Below the pieces are notes generated by a model. It was not told the origin of the DNA and did no database searches. It saw only the letters and a program-made list of their open reading frames with translations. From the NCBI GenBank assembly GCA_964617045.1, contig CAZTVZ010000001.1, positions 136,763 to 200,762 on the forward strand: DNA of 64,000 nt, given 5' to 3'. The first letter of the stretch is position 1. Every line of letters begins with the position of its first letter. Source of the stretch: an uncultured Gammaproteobacteria bacterium (lineage in GTDB: Bacteria; Patescibacteriota; Microgenomatia; UBA8517). Below, piece after piece: positions 28,686 through 39,034 of the stretch. Both the position numbers and the translations under genes were made by a program.

Positions 28686-29718
28686 ATTTGCTTATCATAC
28701 ACGCGAGAACGTCAGTGAAAGATACTCCATGGAGAGCCATTACTTCTGTCATAGGCAGTCCCATATCCGGCCCGAATGCCGTATTCGGATTACTGTCGGT
28801 AAAATATGGAATACCGGTATTCTCGTCTACCCTTACGTCAAATTTGGCATAGTCTTTGTGATGCAAACCGTTAAAAGCTCGAATGGCGAGTGTTTGAATT
28901 TTTGTTGCCAAAGGTTCGGGTACAAACTTGTATTTATACGCATCTTCGTCATCATAACTTTCGATTGAAGTAAAGAAATGCTTTCCGTCTGGTTTGTTTT
29001 TGAATATCTTTTGTCCCATAAATACCTGTTTTTTGGTTCCATCGTCAAAAACCACAACGGTTACTTCTTCTCCGTCAATAAATTGCTCGACAATTACCGG
29101 AATTTTGTATGTTCCGACCATTTCGTCAACTTTTTTCTGAGCTTCTTTTACTGTTTCTTTTACAGCTTTGTTGTCAATTCCCACAGATCCTCCCGATTCG
29201 TTAAGTTTTACAATCAAAGGAACCCCTAACCCTTCGTCAATTGCAGTTCCGGCTCTTCTTACAAATTGGAAATTGGGTGTGGGAATGTCGTATGCGATAA
29301 GAAGTCTTTTGGTAATATTCCTGTTGTTTCCGATAATCATTCCTTCCATCCCTGCTCCGGTATATGGAATACTGGATAATTCAAGTGCTGCGGGCACAGA
29401 TGTTTGGAGTCTGTCTTTTCCCCTCAGTGTATCCACCAGATTGATTACTATGTCTGGTTTGTCCACAAGAAGGTTCGTGAGGAAGTATTGGTCTCCGGGA
29501 TAGGTTCGGACTTCGACTCCGAGCTTTCTTATTTCCTCGGCAACTTCTTTTGCCCTATCCTCAACTTCAACCTCAGCTATATAAGCATCTTCTGTGGGGA
29601 AAAAATCTCTTTCAACGTGAGAATACGCAACGGCAACCAGTTTAAGTTTCTTTAAAGCGTCCTTATCGATAGGAAGTTTAATTTTCGAAGGTTTTTTTAT
29701 TTTTTTATCTTCCGACAT
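28666..29718 (-). CDS. D-Ala-D-Ala ligase-like ATP-grasp enzyme
   Basis: IPYTGAG, IVKLNESGGSVGI, VEQFIDGEE, YAKFDVR, DSNPN. Confidence 0.8.
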   Translation of the reverse strand: MSEDKKIKKPSKIKLPIDKDALKKLKLVAVAYSHVERDFFPTEDAYIAEVEVEDRAKEVAEEIRKLGVEVRTYPGDQYFLTNLLVDKPDIVINLVDTLRGKDRLQTSVPAALELSSIPYTGAGMEGMIIGNNRNITKRLLIAYDIPTPNFQFVRRAGTAIDEGLGVPLIVKLNESGGSVGIDNKAVKETVKEAQKKVDEMVGTYKIPVIVEQFIDGEEVTVVVFDDGTKKQVFMGQKIFKNKPDGKHFFTSIESYDDEDAYKYKFVPEPLATKIQTLAIRAFNGLHHKDYAKFDVRVDENTGIPYFTDSNPNTAFGPDMGLPMTEVMALHGVSFTDVLACMISKYAKTLQ

Positions 29719-29808
29719 ACCATGAACATCTTAGCACAAAATTTGCGCACAAAAAAAGTCTTAATTATTTCCTTGACAGTTGTTCTCTCGTTGTTCTAAT
29801 ATGCGGCA

Positions 29809-30426
29809 ATGGATGAAGAACATATTGTGAGTGCAAGATACGAAGAAAGGAAATCAAACTCTTCAAATAACGGATTATTGGCTCTAATTTTCATTCTTTT
29901 GATAATGCTTGTTGGGGGTGGGGCTTTTATCTTCGGCACAAACCAATCAGGTGAAAAAACTGAAGAGCCAACCTCAACTCCAACACCATCGGTTACCGTA
30001 AAACCAACAGAAGTACTGGGAGACGAAACGGAAGTAACCCCATCCATTGTTCCGCAAAAGGTTATTGGTGCATCAGTAACGGTTAACCCGCAAAATTCAA
30101 CAACATGCCCCACAACTTTCGAGTTCACCGGACAAATTAAAGTTGACGCTCCGGGAGTTGTTAAATACAGATGGATTAAAAGTGACGGAACAACGCCTGT
30201 CGAGAATCAGGAAGAATTTATTATTGCGGGAACAAAAACGGTAAGTACCAATTGGAAAGTATTTGGTTCATATTCGGGTTGGATAAGGCTTGAAACAATT
30301 TCACCAAACATTATCAGTTCAACCAATGCTCAATTCAAATTAACATGTCCCACTACAACCCCTTCGTTAAATATCAAACCACTGATTACACCGAATATTA
30401 AAATCCAAATAACGGACACTCCTTAA
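29809..30426 (+). CDS. Single-pass membrane protein with Ig-like domain
   Basis: TM, P/T linker, CPTTFEFTG...VKYRW...C beta-sandwich pattern. Confidence 0.7.
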   Translation: MDEEHIVSARYEERKSNSSNNGLLALIFILLIMLVGGGAFIFGTNQSGEKTEEPTSTPTPSVTVKPTEVLGDETEVTPSIVPQKVIGASVTVNPQNSTTCPTTFEFTGQIKVDAPGVVKYRWIKSDGTTPVENQEEFIIAGTKTVSTNWKVFGSYSGWIRLETISPNIISSTNAQFKLTCPTTTPSLNIKPLITPNIKIQITDTP

Positions 30427-30992
30427 TAGTTGAGATCGTGTTTTATTCCACCGAAGTCTTTGTCTTGTTTGGGGTTTTCGGGAACAACAACTCTTTCCAT
30501 TGATCTAATCTTGTTCATTTGAATGGTGTTTAATTTGTTTTCCCATTCCTGGGTATCCAGGGAGTATAAAATTTTCTCAAGAAAATCCACGGATTCCGGA
30601 TCCGAGAAATCAACTGTTTTAAACCTGTTTTCGGTTGAAGAAAGTTTTTCATTTATGTAAGTTCCCAACTCATAATATTTCTGTGCAGCCACACAATTCA
30701 CCTTAAGAGAATCGGGGCATGATTTAGTGTTATTGATTATTCTTCCAAACACCACGTATGCAAGATGATTGGTAAAAGCTTCCCCCTGCTCCTCGACTTC
30801 GCGAAGTGATATTGTTGCTTCACTTATCGCAATTTTTGCATAGTTAAGACCATGAAGAGATATCTCTAAATATTCTTTATCATAACCCTCGGATTCTTCT
30901 TTAAGAATCTTTAATTCCCTGCTTAAATCTGTATAATTAAACTCTGGCGACATATTAGTCCCATATTGTATCCAATGGAAGGTGAAAGTCAA
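30423..30992 (-). CDS. Hypothetical protein
   Basis: ORF; probable start MSPEF at 30953. Confidence 0.6.
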   Translation of the reverse strand: MTFTFHWIQYGTNMSPEFNYTDLSRELKILKEESEGYDKEYLEISLHGLNYAKIAISEATISLREVEEQGEAFTNHLAYVVFGRIINNTKSCPDSLKVNCVAAQKYYELGTYINEKLSSTENRFKTVDFSDPESVDFLEKILYSLDTQEWENKLNTIQMNKIRSMERVVVPENPKQDKDFGGIKHDLNY

Positions 30993-31622
30993 ACAGAAAT
31001 AATTCGCAAGACTTACGCAAGGGCAACATTGAATCCCTCCAAAGATGAATTTATTCGGGAAATCAATTCCACGAGTGGACTATCGTTATTGGATATCGGC
31101 TGCGGAGAAAACCCAAGAATGTCGGTTGGTTTAAAAAAGGGTGATCTTTGGGTTGGCTGTGATCCGCATATTAAGGAAGAAAACATAACGGGTTCATCTG
31201 TTCATGTGCATACATCTTCAGCAAACAACCCCGACTCAAAGCTCATCGTGTTTAATTCGGATGCCGCTAGTGTTCCGGGCTTTGCACCGGATTGGATTAC
31301 CTGCATTGCACCAAATCCGAAAGATGTAGTTGACGATAAAATTATCAATTACGATCTTGAAAAATTTTTTGACTCAAATAAAAAACAACATTTTTTGGTT
31401 GTAATGGACAACAGGACAAAAGAAGCGGAACTATTTAAAAAGGATGCAATTAAACATATTAAAAAGTTTATGCATGATTTGAATTTCAACCTAATTAGTT
31501 CAGACGAAATTGATGACTTGGGGGATTACCTAAGAACAAATATTAACTTTAAACCGAATTCTGCGGATCTGGGTATAAGCGGGAATCAGTATCTACTTTT
31601 TGTTAAACCAAAAGGAAGATAA
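30966..31622 (+). CDS. Class I SAM methyltransferase-like protein
   Basis: LLDIGCGE and WVGCDP motifs. Confidence 0.6.
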   Translation: MYPMEGESQTEIIRKTYARATLNPSKDEFIREINSTSGLSLLDIGCGENPRMSVGLKKGDLWVGCDPHIKEENITGSSVHVHTSSANNPDSKLIVFNSDAASVPGFAPDWITCIAPNPKDVVDDKIINYDLEKFFDSNKKQHFLVVMDNRTKEAELFKKDAIKHIKKFMHDLNFNLISSDEIDDLGDYLRTNINFKPNSADLGISGNQYLLFVKPKGR

Positions 31623-31623
31623 C

Positions 31624-32661
31624 TTATTTTAGTCTTGCGATATTTGCTTCGACCATCATTCCAATCAGTTCTTCAAATTTCACTTTTGGTTCCCAGCCCA
31701 ATTCATCTTTGGCTTTTTGCGGATTACCTACCAAAGGCCCTGTCTCCGTAGGCCTGACGAATCTTTGATCTACTTCAACATGATCTTCCCAATTTTTTCC
31801 TACGTGGTTATATGCCGCTTCACATAATTCCCTGATCGTGTGAGTTTCGTTGGTGGCAATTACATAATCTTCAGGTTTTTCCTGTTGTAACATCAACCAC
31901 ATTGCTTCAACATAATCTCCCGCAAAACCCCAATCTCTTTTTGCATCCAAATTACCCATTGCCACTTTTCCGTTTTTGACAATAGGCTCCCCTTCTTCGT
32001 TAAGATGCGGTGAATTCTTGATACCCAACTTTGCACAAGCTGCTGCATAACAAACTTTTTGGGTTACAAAAGCCAAACCTCTTCTTGGTGATTCGTGATT
32101 AAAGAGGATTCCGCAGGAAATATGCATGTTATAACTTGCACGATAAATTTTTGCGATGTTGTGTGCATATAGTTTGGCTGCAGCATATGGATTGGCAGGA
32201 TTAACGGGAGTTTCTTCCGTTTGAGGGATTTCTTTAACCCACCCAAACATTTCAGAAGAAGATGCTTGATAAAACTTTGCTTCGGGAACCAAGTCCCATG
32301 CAGCATCCATTACTCTGTGGGCACCAATACCAGTTATTTCTGCGGTATGAATAGGTTGTCTGAATGATTCTCTCGGTGCCGACTGTGAAGCAAGGTTGTA
32401 TATTTCATCGGGTCGACTTGCTTGAATCGCTTCTCTTATTGATACCGGATCTAATAAATCAGCTTGGATTAAATTCAAGTGCTCTTGGATATGGTCAATA
32501 TTTTCGTATTTTGTGGAGCTGGTTTTCCTTACAGTACCTGCAACCTCATAACCTTTTTTCAGAAGAAGCTCAGCCAGATAAGATCCGTCCTGTCCTGTTA
32601 TTCCAGTTATGAGAGCCTTTTTTGCCATCGATTTCTCTATTCTAATTACCTCCTGGTACAA
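31624..32661 (-). CDS. gmd: GDP-mannose 4,6-dehydratase
   Basis: ITGITGQDGSYLA, YQASSSEMFG, YAAAK, GILFNHESPRRG, KRDWG (probable start MAKKAL). Confidence 0.95.
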   Translation of the reverse strand: MYQEVIRIEKSMAKKALITGITGQDGSYLAELLLKKGYEVAGTVRKTSSTKYENIDHIQEHLNLIQADLLDPVSIREAIQASRPDEIYNLASQSAPRESFRQPIHTAEITGIGAHRVMDAAWDLVPEAKFYQASSSEMFGWVKEIPQTEETPVNPANPYAAAKLYAHNIAKIYRASYNMHISCGILFNHESPRRGLAFVTQKVCYAAACAKLGIKNSPHLNEEGEPIVKNGKVAMGNLDAKRDWGFAGDYVEAMWLMLQQEKPEDYVIATNETHTIRELCEAAYNHVGKNWEDHVEVDQRFVRPTETGPLVGNPQKAKDELGWEPKVKFEELIGMMVEANIARLK

Positions 32662-32743
32662 AAATCAATACCAAAAACTCAAAAATCTGATAAAATATTT
32701 ATCTAGCAAGAGTATTTTTACTCGAAAGGAGGCGATTTTTTGG

Positions 32744-32938
32744 ATGTTTATAGTCAAAAAGAAAAAAGGAGAATCCGAGGATAGATTGATAGCTCGTTTT
32801 AAGAAAAAGGTCTTAAACGAGGGAATCCTCTTGGAACTCAGAGACAGAGAACGATATAAAAAACCAGCCGAAAGACGTAAGGAGAACAAATACAGAATTA
32901 AATTCAATATCGAAATGGAAAAGAAAAGAAATTATTAA
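32744..32938 (+). CDS. rpsU: 30S ribosomal protein S21
   Basis: MFIVKKKKGESEDRLIARFKKK...RERYKKPAERR; AAGGAGG upstream. Confidence 0.9.
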   Translation: MFIVKKKKGESEDRLIARFKKKVLNEGILLELRDRERYKKPAERRKENKYRIKFNIEMEKKRNY

Positions 32939-33591
32939 TTCCTTTTCTTGAGCCAAGTTTCTATGTACTTCTTTCTGTGATATCTGGTACTTCCAAATTT
33001 AAGGATAGCTTCCTGATGCTTTTTTGTACCGTATCCCTTATTGCCGTCCCATTGGTATTCAGGGTATTTATTAGATAATTTTTTCATTAAATTGTCTCGA
33101 TATACTTTGGCAATAATTGATGCAGCCGCAATGCTAAGTGATTTTCTGTCACCCTTAATAATTGGCAATTGCCTTCTTTTTCTTTTTGCGGGCAATCTGG
33201 GAACATATGGAATACTAAAAGCATCGACAAGTAAATAATCTATCGGCTTGCCCATCTTTTGTCTCGTTTTCGAAATAGCCATTCTAAATGCTCTGTTGGT
33301 AGCTTTTTGAATACCGCTTTTATTAATTAAACCGACATTTGTTTCTCCGATTCCCCACGCGAAAGAATTCGCTCTAATCCATTTGTTTGCTTTTATCCTT
33401 TGAAGCGATGTTAATTTCTTGGAGTCATCTATTCTTACTTCTTTTGATATTGTTTGTCCTTTTTCAAAAACAACGCAGGCTGTAACGACAGGTCCAGCAA
33501 ACGATCCTCTGCCTACTTCATCAAGTCCGGCAACAATTTCATACCTTTTCTTCCATAATTTAGTTTCGAAGAAAAAGTTAGGTTGCTTCAT
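32935..33591 (-). CDS. rnhB: Ribonuclease HII
   Basis: GLDEVGRG, DDSKKL, KGD...SIAAASIIAKV, NKGYGT. Confidence 0.96.
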   Translation of the reverse strand: MKQPNFFFETKLWKKRYEIVAGLDEVGRGSFAGPVVTACVVFEKGQTISKEVRIDDSKKLTSLQRIKANKWIRANSFAWGIGETNVGLINKSGIQKATNRAFRMAISKTRQKMGKPIDYLLVDAFSIPYVPRLPAKRKRRQLPIIKGDRKSLSIAAASIIAKVYRDNLMKKLSNKYPEYQWDGNKGYGTKKHQEAILKFGSTRYHRKKYIETWLKKRN

Positions 33592-33594
33592 ATA

Positions 33595-34803
33595 TCAGAA
33601 TGTATTAACTGCAAGAGTGTCGGGATCGTTAAGAAGAGCTTTCAAAACTCCGTGTGCGTATTTAATATGCTGTCTTGCTCCTGTAGAATCTTTTGCCCTA
33701 AGATAATCTTCCGCACACATTCCTTCTCTCAATTTCGGCATCTTTATATACTGCAGCCTTTGGTTGATAAGCTTTTCTTCCGAAGAGTTCTCAAAATATG
33801 CTCCCGTTAAATACTTTCTAGCGATAGTTACAGGCCCCAAATATGGAGCACACTGTACCTGCGATAAAATCTGTTTCGAAATTGCCTTTAATAGCTGGCT
33901 TACCGTCCAGTAATCGAAATTAACATGTTTAATTTGCGGATTTTCGAAAATATCTAATCCACGATATTCATTTAAGCCGATTATCATTTCCAATGAAATT
34001 GCGGCATTTTCAATTTGCATTCTCGTATATGCCCGCTCTTCCTCCAGCCATCTATATATATTTTCCGCCTTACCTTCAGTGTTTGGCATTTTAATTTCAT
34101 TTTTAACATTCTCCAAAAATGCTGACCTTAGAAGAATCCTTGATATCATGGGATTTACTCTACCAAGGCTGTCTTTTTGAGCTGCTTTGGCAACTTTATC
34201 GATTACGGTTTTCCAGATATTACTTCTTGAATCCAACATGCCATTTCTTTTAAGCACCATCTCTGCCTCAAATGCAATTTTTGATAAATCGTTTTGTGTT
34301 TTAATGTTTCCGTTAATAAATTCTCCACTGATTTCGTTAATCTCCTGAAACACCTCGTCGACCTTCCCCTTTTCAACTCCGTATTCTGAATAATCGTGTG
34401 CAATCAGATCTTGCTGTCTCATTGCAGGCTCCAATCCCCCCTCAACATTTACAAGGATAAGTCGTTTTATGTTCCAGCTTTTGGGATACTGAGGAATTAC
34501 AAGAGCCTCATTTTTTCTTTTACCTCCAAAGATAATATCTTTGTCAAAATCCAAGGCTCGTTCGGTATATTTTCCCCACCGGCTTACAATAACGGAACCG
34601 GAAACGGGATTTACTCTTGGTACCCAAATTGGATACTGAATAGATTCTTTTCTGTAGTTGCCGACAGCAGGATAATCAAGAATTTTCTCCTGCTCCTTGG
34701 ATATAACCATCAAGTCGAGCTTTTCTTCGGAAAACCTATTTTTTCTATTTTCCGCCCACATGTCACGAGCTGACTCAATACTTCTGGGGGAGTTTTCTTT
34801 CAT
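33595..34803 (-). CDS. Hypothetical protein
   Basis: 402 aa ORF, no motif recognised. Confidence 0.7.
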   Translation of the reverse strand: MKENSPRSIESARDMWAENRKNRFSEEKLDLMVISKEQEKILDYPAVGNYRKESIQYPIWVPRVNPVSGSVIVSRWGKYTERALDFDKDIIFGGKRKNEALVIPQYPKSWNIKRLILVNVEGGLEPAMRQQDLIAHDYSEYGVEKGKVDEVFQEINEISGEFINGNIKTQNDLSKIAFEAEMVLKRNGMLDSRSNIWKTVIDKVAKAAQKDSLGRVNPMISRILLRSAFLENVKNEIKMPNTEGKAENIYRWLEEERAYTRMQIENAAISLEMIIGLNEYRGLDIFENPQIKHVNFDYWTVSQLLKAISKQILSQVQCAPYLGPVTIARKYLTGAYFENSSEEKLINQRLQYIKMPKLREGMCAEDYLRAKDSTGARQHIKYAHGVLKALLNDPDTLAVNTF

Positions 34804-34865
34804 TTGTGCCCAAATAATACCATAGTTCCTTGTTAATTCAATTTCGAACTGCTATAATTTCATCC

Positions 34866-35051
34866 GTGAGAAAGGTTTTAGACTATTTCTCTGAGGTAAG
34901 GTCCGAGCTCCGCAAGGTAACCTGGCCCAAGAAAGAAGAGGTAACTAAGTTAACATTGATAGTTCTTATTATCTCTGTAATTGTGGGCGGATACGTCGGA
35001 GGGCTCGATTACCTACTAACCAAAGGCTTGGAACTTTTGGTAGCCAGATAA
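34866..35051 (+). CDS. secE: Preprotein translocase subunit SecE
   Basis: ELRKVTWPKKEEV plus TM; GTG start 7 nt after TATAAT; precedes nusG. Confidence 0.92.
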   Translation: MRKVLDYFSEVRSELRKVTWPKKEEVTKLTLIVLIISVIVGGYVGGLDYLLTKGLELLVAR

Positions 35052-35053
35052 AA

Positions 35054-35668
35054 ATGGACGAAGATACAGTATTAGCAGTAGACGAAAGAGGAACCGGGAA
35101 AAGAAAAATTCCTGGCCATATCGTTATTACAGAAACCGATGATCCGAAAGCAAAGTGGTACGTCGTACACACCGCTTCCGGACACGAAGCTCGTGTCTCT
35201 GAAACTTTAAGACAAAGAGTCGAAACAATGAGCCTTCAAGGAAACATTTTTGAACTTCTTGTTCCGACCCAAGACAGAGTTGTCATTAGAGGCGGAAGAA
35301 AAGCAACCATTAAAGAAAAAATATTCCCGGGTTATTTGCTTGTAAAAATGATTCTCGATGATCCAACATGGTTGGCAGTTAGAACCACACCTGGTATTAC
35401 TGGGTTTGTCGGATCAGGAGAAAAACCAACACCTCTTTCGGAATCCGAGGTATTAAATATTCAGAAATTCGTGTCGGCACCGGCACCCAGATTCAAAACA
35501 AAGTTTACTGTTGGAGAAGCAGTTAAAATCACCGACGGACCATTCGCCGATTTCTTGGGAACCATAAATGACATCGACGAAGAAAAAGGTAAAGTAAAAG
35601 TACTCGTATCCATCTTTGGAAGAGAAACCCCGGTAGAACTCGATTTCCTTCAGATAGCAAAAGTTTAA
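35054..35668 (+). CDS. nusG: Transcription termination/antitermination factor NusG
   Basis: WYVVHT, FPGYLLV, VRTTPGITGFVG, KOW GPF, IFGRETPVEL. Confidence 0.97.
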   Translation: MDEDTVLAVDERGTGKRKIPGHIVITETDDPKAKWYVVHTASGHEARVSETLRQRVETMSLQGNIFELLVPTQDRVVIRGGRKATIKEKIFPGYLLVKMILDDPTWLAVRTTPGITGFVGSGEKPTPLSESEVLNIQKFVSAPAPRFKTKFTVGEAVKITDGPFADFLGTINDIDEEKGKVKVLVSIFGRETPVELDFLQIAKV

Positions 35669-35673
35669 CCTCG

Positions 35674-35985
35674 ATGACGGAAAGACGCCGATGCAGTTAC
35701 AATGGAGGAGTTGTCTGCGACGAAGAATGCTTTCTAATCGGACAATTTAACTCTCAAGCTTCAATGGGTGGTGCTGACAATAAAGAACTGGATCTTTCGA
35801 CAAAAGAAGTTGGCCCATACTGGTCAAAAGAAAATTGGATAGGCCTTGTTAAAAACACTCTTGAAGAATCGAAAAAAGGCTGTCCCCATCGAAAAGACCT
35901 GGAAAGCATTATCCTTGAAACAACAAGGTCAAAATACGAAAAAGGAGAGATAGTTGAAGATACTTCGGGCGAAGTAATTCCATAA
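35674..35985 (+). CDS. Hypothetical protein
   Basis: 103 aa ORF with Cys residues, 5 bp after nusG. Confidence 0.5.
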   Translation: MTERRRCSYNGGVVCDEECFLIGQFNSQASMGGADNKELDLSTKEVGPYWSKENWIGLVKNTLEESKKGCPHRKDLESIILETTRSKYEKGEIVEDTSGEVIP

Positions 35986-36017
35986 AGGACACTTTCGCCC
36001 AAAATTCGAAGGTACAT

Positions 36018-36650
36018 TTAGTAACTTCTTTTTGTATGATCCCTGTTTACATAGAGAAGGAATAGAACAATCGGTTCTCCAAAAAACGAGATCAACATCA
36101 ACAGAACATACACTGCTCCAAATACATTCAATCCCAATTCAGCCGGGAATAAATTTGTTGGAGTGGACCCGAGTACCCACATTTCGGCACAAAGAGTATC
36201 CAAAAGTGTATCTACTATTGAGAGGATTAATGCGGCCAAAAGACCCACAATGGAAATGATCTTACCGAATGCAGCATTACTTCTTGATTGGGTAAACACC
36301 ATTGTCCATAACCCCAGTTGTATGACTCCCGTCACAACTGAAATCACCCAGGGTATGGCGTATCTGAGCCAGGAAGAATCGGGAAATACGAATACTTCCT
36401 GTAATACAATCCCGCCAAGATATATGTCGGCCAATAATATTGCCGGCACTCCGATGATGTATAGAAGACTGTTGATCCAGCGAATGGTTGTCGAGATAAT
36501 CCCGGTAACCCAGCCTTCATACATTGACGACTTTCCAGCACTGACTGGCAAATCCATGACTGTCATTTCTCCTCCTTTTTGTATATGTGCGATTGAGTAG
36601 GGCTTACCTACAATAGCCGATAATATACGCCCGACAAGGCTGTTAGTCAA
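36018..36650 (-). CDS. Hypothetical four-TM membrane protein
   Basis: Hydrophobic segments; probable start MTVMD after GGAGGAG. Confidence 0.65.
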   Translation of the reverse strand: MTNSLVGRILSAIVGKPYSIAHIQKGGEMTVMDLPVSAGKSSMYEGWVTGIISTTIRWINSLLYIIGVPAILLADIYLGGIVLQEVFVFPDSSWLRYAIPWVISVVTGVIQLGLWTMVFTQSRSNAAFGKIISIVGLLAALILSIVDTLLDTLCAEMWVLGSTPTNLFPAELGLNVFGAVYVLLMLISFFGEPIVLFLLYVNRDHTKRSY

Positions 36651-36721
36651 GGACTACAGGATATATAGGCATACTTTACAGTACGTATGTCTTGTCGTAT
36701 AATTACCCTACCTCGGAAATC

Positions 36722-36753
36722 TGAGGGAGATATCACAGATATCGAAAACTTCA
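36722..36753 (+). promoter_or_regulatory. Putative L1-binding leader upstream of rplK
   Basis: TGAGG-GA-GATATC(ACA)GATATC-GAAAA-CTTCA asymmetric purine-rich internal loop, as in L1 regulatory sites. Confidence 0.5.
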
Positions 36754-36785
36754 CTTAAGTATTCCCTATCTGTGCACAAACCAAA

Positions 36786-37214
36786 ATGGCATCAAAAAAA
36801 GTAAAAGTAGTCTTAAAAGTTAATTTACCGGCTGGAGAAGCAACTCCCGCACCACCTTTGGGACCGGCTCTTGGACAGCACGGTGTTGCCATTATGGACT
36901 TCGTTAAAAGATACAACGACGAAACATCTAAGATGAAGGGCAATATTGTTCCCGCCGTTATCACCATATACGAAGACAGAACCTTTGATTTCGTCACAAA
37001 ACTTGCTCCCGTGTCAGAAATGATCAAAAAAGCCTTGGGGATAGAAAAAGGTTCAGGAAAAACACCCAGGGTCATTGCAGCAACCATGACTGATGCACAA
37101 CTGACCAAAATCGCAGAAGAAAAAATCAAAGATTTGAATACTACAGATCTTGATGCAGCCAAGAAAATTGTTGCAGGCACAGCCAGATCTATGGGTGTAA
37201 AGATAGAAGGATAA
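36786..37214 (+). CDS. rplK: 50S ribosomal protein L11
   Basis: AGEATPAPPLGPALGQHGV, AGTARSMG. Confidence 0.98.
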   Translation: MASKKVKVVLKVNLPAGEATPAPPLGPALGQHGVAIMDFVKRYNDETSKMKGNIVPAVITIYEDRTFDFVTKLAPVSEMIKKALGIEKGSGKTPRVIAATMTDAQLTKIAEEKIKDLNTTDLDAAKKIVAGTARSMGVKIEG

Positions 37215-37216
37215 AA

Positions 37217-37936
37217 ATGACAGACGAAAAGAAACAAAAAGAAGAAAAAATTCACATTTCCGGACTCAAAGGCGGCCAAAGAATAACCGCTATTGATGCG
37301 GAACCTGTCGTTGTTAACGATTTTTCAAGCGAAGAATCCAACAAACAGAAAAAGGCTCCAAAATCCAGAGGAAAAAAGTACCAGGAAAACAAAGCAAAGG
37401 TAAATTCCACCAACCTGTATTCTTTACCGGAAGCAATCAAGTTGGCAAAAGAAACCTCATATTCCAGTTTTGACGGATCAATGGAAATGCATCTTTCGGT
37501 CAAAAAAACCGGAACTAATGTTAACGTTAACCTTCCCCATTCTTTAGGAAAAGAAAAGAAGGTTGAAATCGTATCCGACGAAACAATTAAAAAACTCTCT
37601 GAGGGTAAAATTGATTTTGACGTACTTGTCGCAACACCCGAAACAATGCCTAAATTGGTTCCTTTTGCAAGGCTCTTAGGACCTAAGGGTTTGATGCCTA
37701 ATCCCAAAAACGGCACTTTAATCTCCGACCCGAAAAAATATGCTGCAGGAGCAACAAACATTAAAACCGAAAGAGAAGCTCCTCTTGTGCACACGATATT
37801 CGGCAAAGTCTCAATGGAAGACAAAGTATTGGTAGAAAATGCAGAAGCCATTCTGAAAGCACTAGGTGGCTCCAAACAGGTACTGCAAATTCATATCAAG
37901 GCAACAATGGGTCCTTCAATCAAGGTTAGGGCCTAA
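37217..37936 (+). CDS. rplA: 50S ribosomal protein L1
   Basis: LGPKGLMPNPKNGT, ATMGPSIK; N-terminal extension. Confidence 0.95.
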   Translation: MTDEKKQKEEKIHISGLKGGQRITAIDAEPVVVNDFSSEESNKQKKAPKSRGKKYQENKAKVNSTNLYSLPEAIKLAKETSYSSFDGSMEMHLSVKKTGTNVNVNLPHSLGKEKKVEIVSDETIKKLSEGKIDFDVLVATPETMPKLVPFARLLGPKGLMPNPKNGTLISDPKKYAAGATNIKTEREAPLVHTIFGKVSMEDKVLVENAEAILKALGGSKQVLQIHIKATMGPSIKVRA

Positions 37937-37969
37937 TCTCCTAGATAACAAGCCCGAATTATTAATTAC

Positions 37970-38117
37970 TTCAGTATCTGACAAAACAGAAAATAAATAT
38001 AAAGTCGGTGTTTGTTCAATTGGTAGTTTTATTGACGAAGGATTAAATAGAATCATAGACATCGACGGAATTGACGAATCAGTGATTGGTGTAATTGCCT
38101 TGGGTGATATAAACTAA
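37970..38117 (+). pseudogene. C-terminal remnant of a SagB/nitroreductase-family gene
   Basis: VGVCSIGSFIDEGLNRIIDIDGIDESVIGVIALG resembles the SagB-type C-terminus; no proper start. Confidence 0.5.
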
Positions 38118-38131
38118 AGTTTCAAGAACTC

Positions 38132-38764
38132 ATGAAAATATTTTTGATTAGGCACGCAAAAGGAAACGCCCAAAATGGTTGCTGGCAACAACCCAGCACA
38201 CCTCTTGGCGATATCGGTTTAATGCAAGCAAAAAAACTCTCCAAACTTACTAGATTTAATGATACTGATTTTGTTATTTCCAGTACTCTTCAGCGCGGTC
38301 TTGAAACTGCAAATATTTTAGTAGAAAAAATAAAGGTTCCAATAATTAGTACTAACCTTGTCGATGAGCGCCGCCAAAGCAATAAAATATATGGTCAAAA
38401 TTTTGAGTCAGAAATTGGGAAAAATTATCGAGATTCATTTAATAATAGTGGCAATAAAATTGTTTGGAAATTTGACGCTACCGAAGAGTCTGTTGATGAC
38501 GTGACAGCAAGGGCAATTAAATTCGCTAATATTCTCATAAAAGAATACAAAGGGAGCAATATTGCAATTGTTAGTCACGATATTTTTATTCGAGCCTTTA
38601 TTGCAACTTGTATCCTTAACAAGCAAGAAAATGATAGTTCATTTCAAAAATTATTTAATTCCCTATCGGTAAACAATTGTGGAATTACTCTTATGGAATT
38701 CTCGGAAGATAAATCCATGTGGAAAATATTATATTTCAACGATTTTTCTTATCTATTCCATTAG
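38132..38764 (+). CDS. Histidine phosphatase superfamily protein
   Basis: IRHAKG, SSTLQRGLETA, IVSHD, NNCGIT. Confidence 0.88.
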   Translation: MKIFLIRHAKGNAQNGCWQQPSTPLGDIGLMQAKKLSKLTRFNDTDFVISSTLQRGLETANILVEKIKVPIISTNLVDERRQSNKIYGQNFESEIGKNYRDSFNNSGNKIVWKFDATEESVDDVTARAIKFANILIKEYKGSNIAIVSHDIFIRAFIATCILNKQENDSSFQKLFNSLSVNNCGITLMEFSEDKSMWKILYFNDFSYLFH

Positions 38765-38973
38765 ATTGTTTTAACAATGTGTTCTAAAATTTTATTGTGA
38801 GTTTTAGCCGCGGATTTATAATATTTCGGATTATTCTTCATAAAATAATCCAAAGCCCGTGTAGATATGAAAAGCGTATAGAAATTAATAGCCTTTAATA
38901 AACTTTCATTTATTTTTTGGTTCTTGAAATATCCTTCCAGAAAATACCCAAACTTGTCCATATTATTTCCCAT
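38761..38973 (-). pseudogene. Probable C-terminal fragment of a phosphotransferase-like gene
   Basis: YFLEGY...INFYTLFISTRAL helical tail without a catalytic N-terminus. Confidence 0.3.
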
Positions 38974-39034
38974 CCTAATCGTATGAAATAATAAAGTTGA
39001 ATTTGCATTATTTCCCAAGATACCCTTAAAATCA

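Noticed and set aside
26800-34860. Further att arms between the sigma gene and secE
   Set aside because: I inspected the intergenic junctions by eye and found no convincing match. A PWM scan is needed to exclude highly decayed copies.
36755-37875. Minus-strand 174 and 207 aa ORFs
   Set aside because: They are antisense shadows of rplK and rplA.
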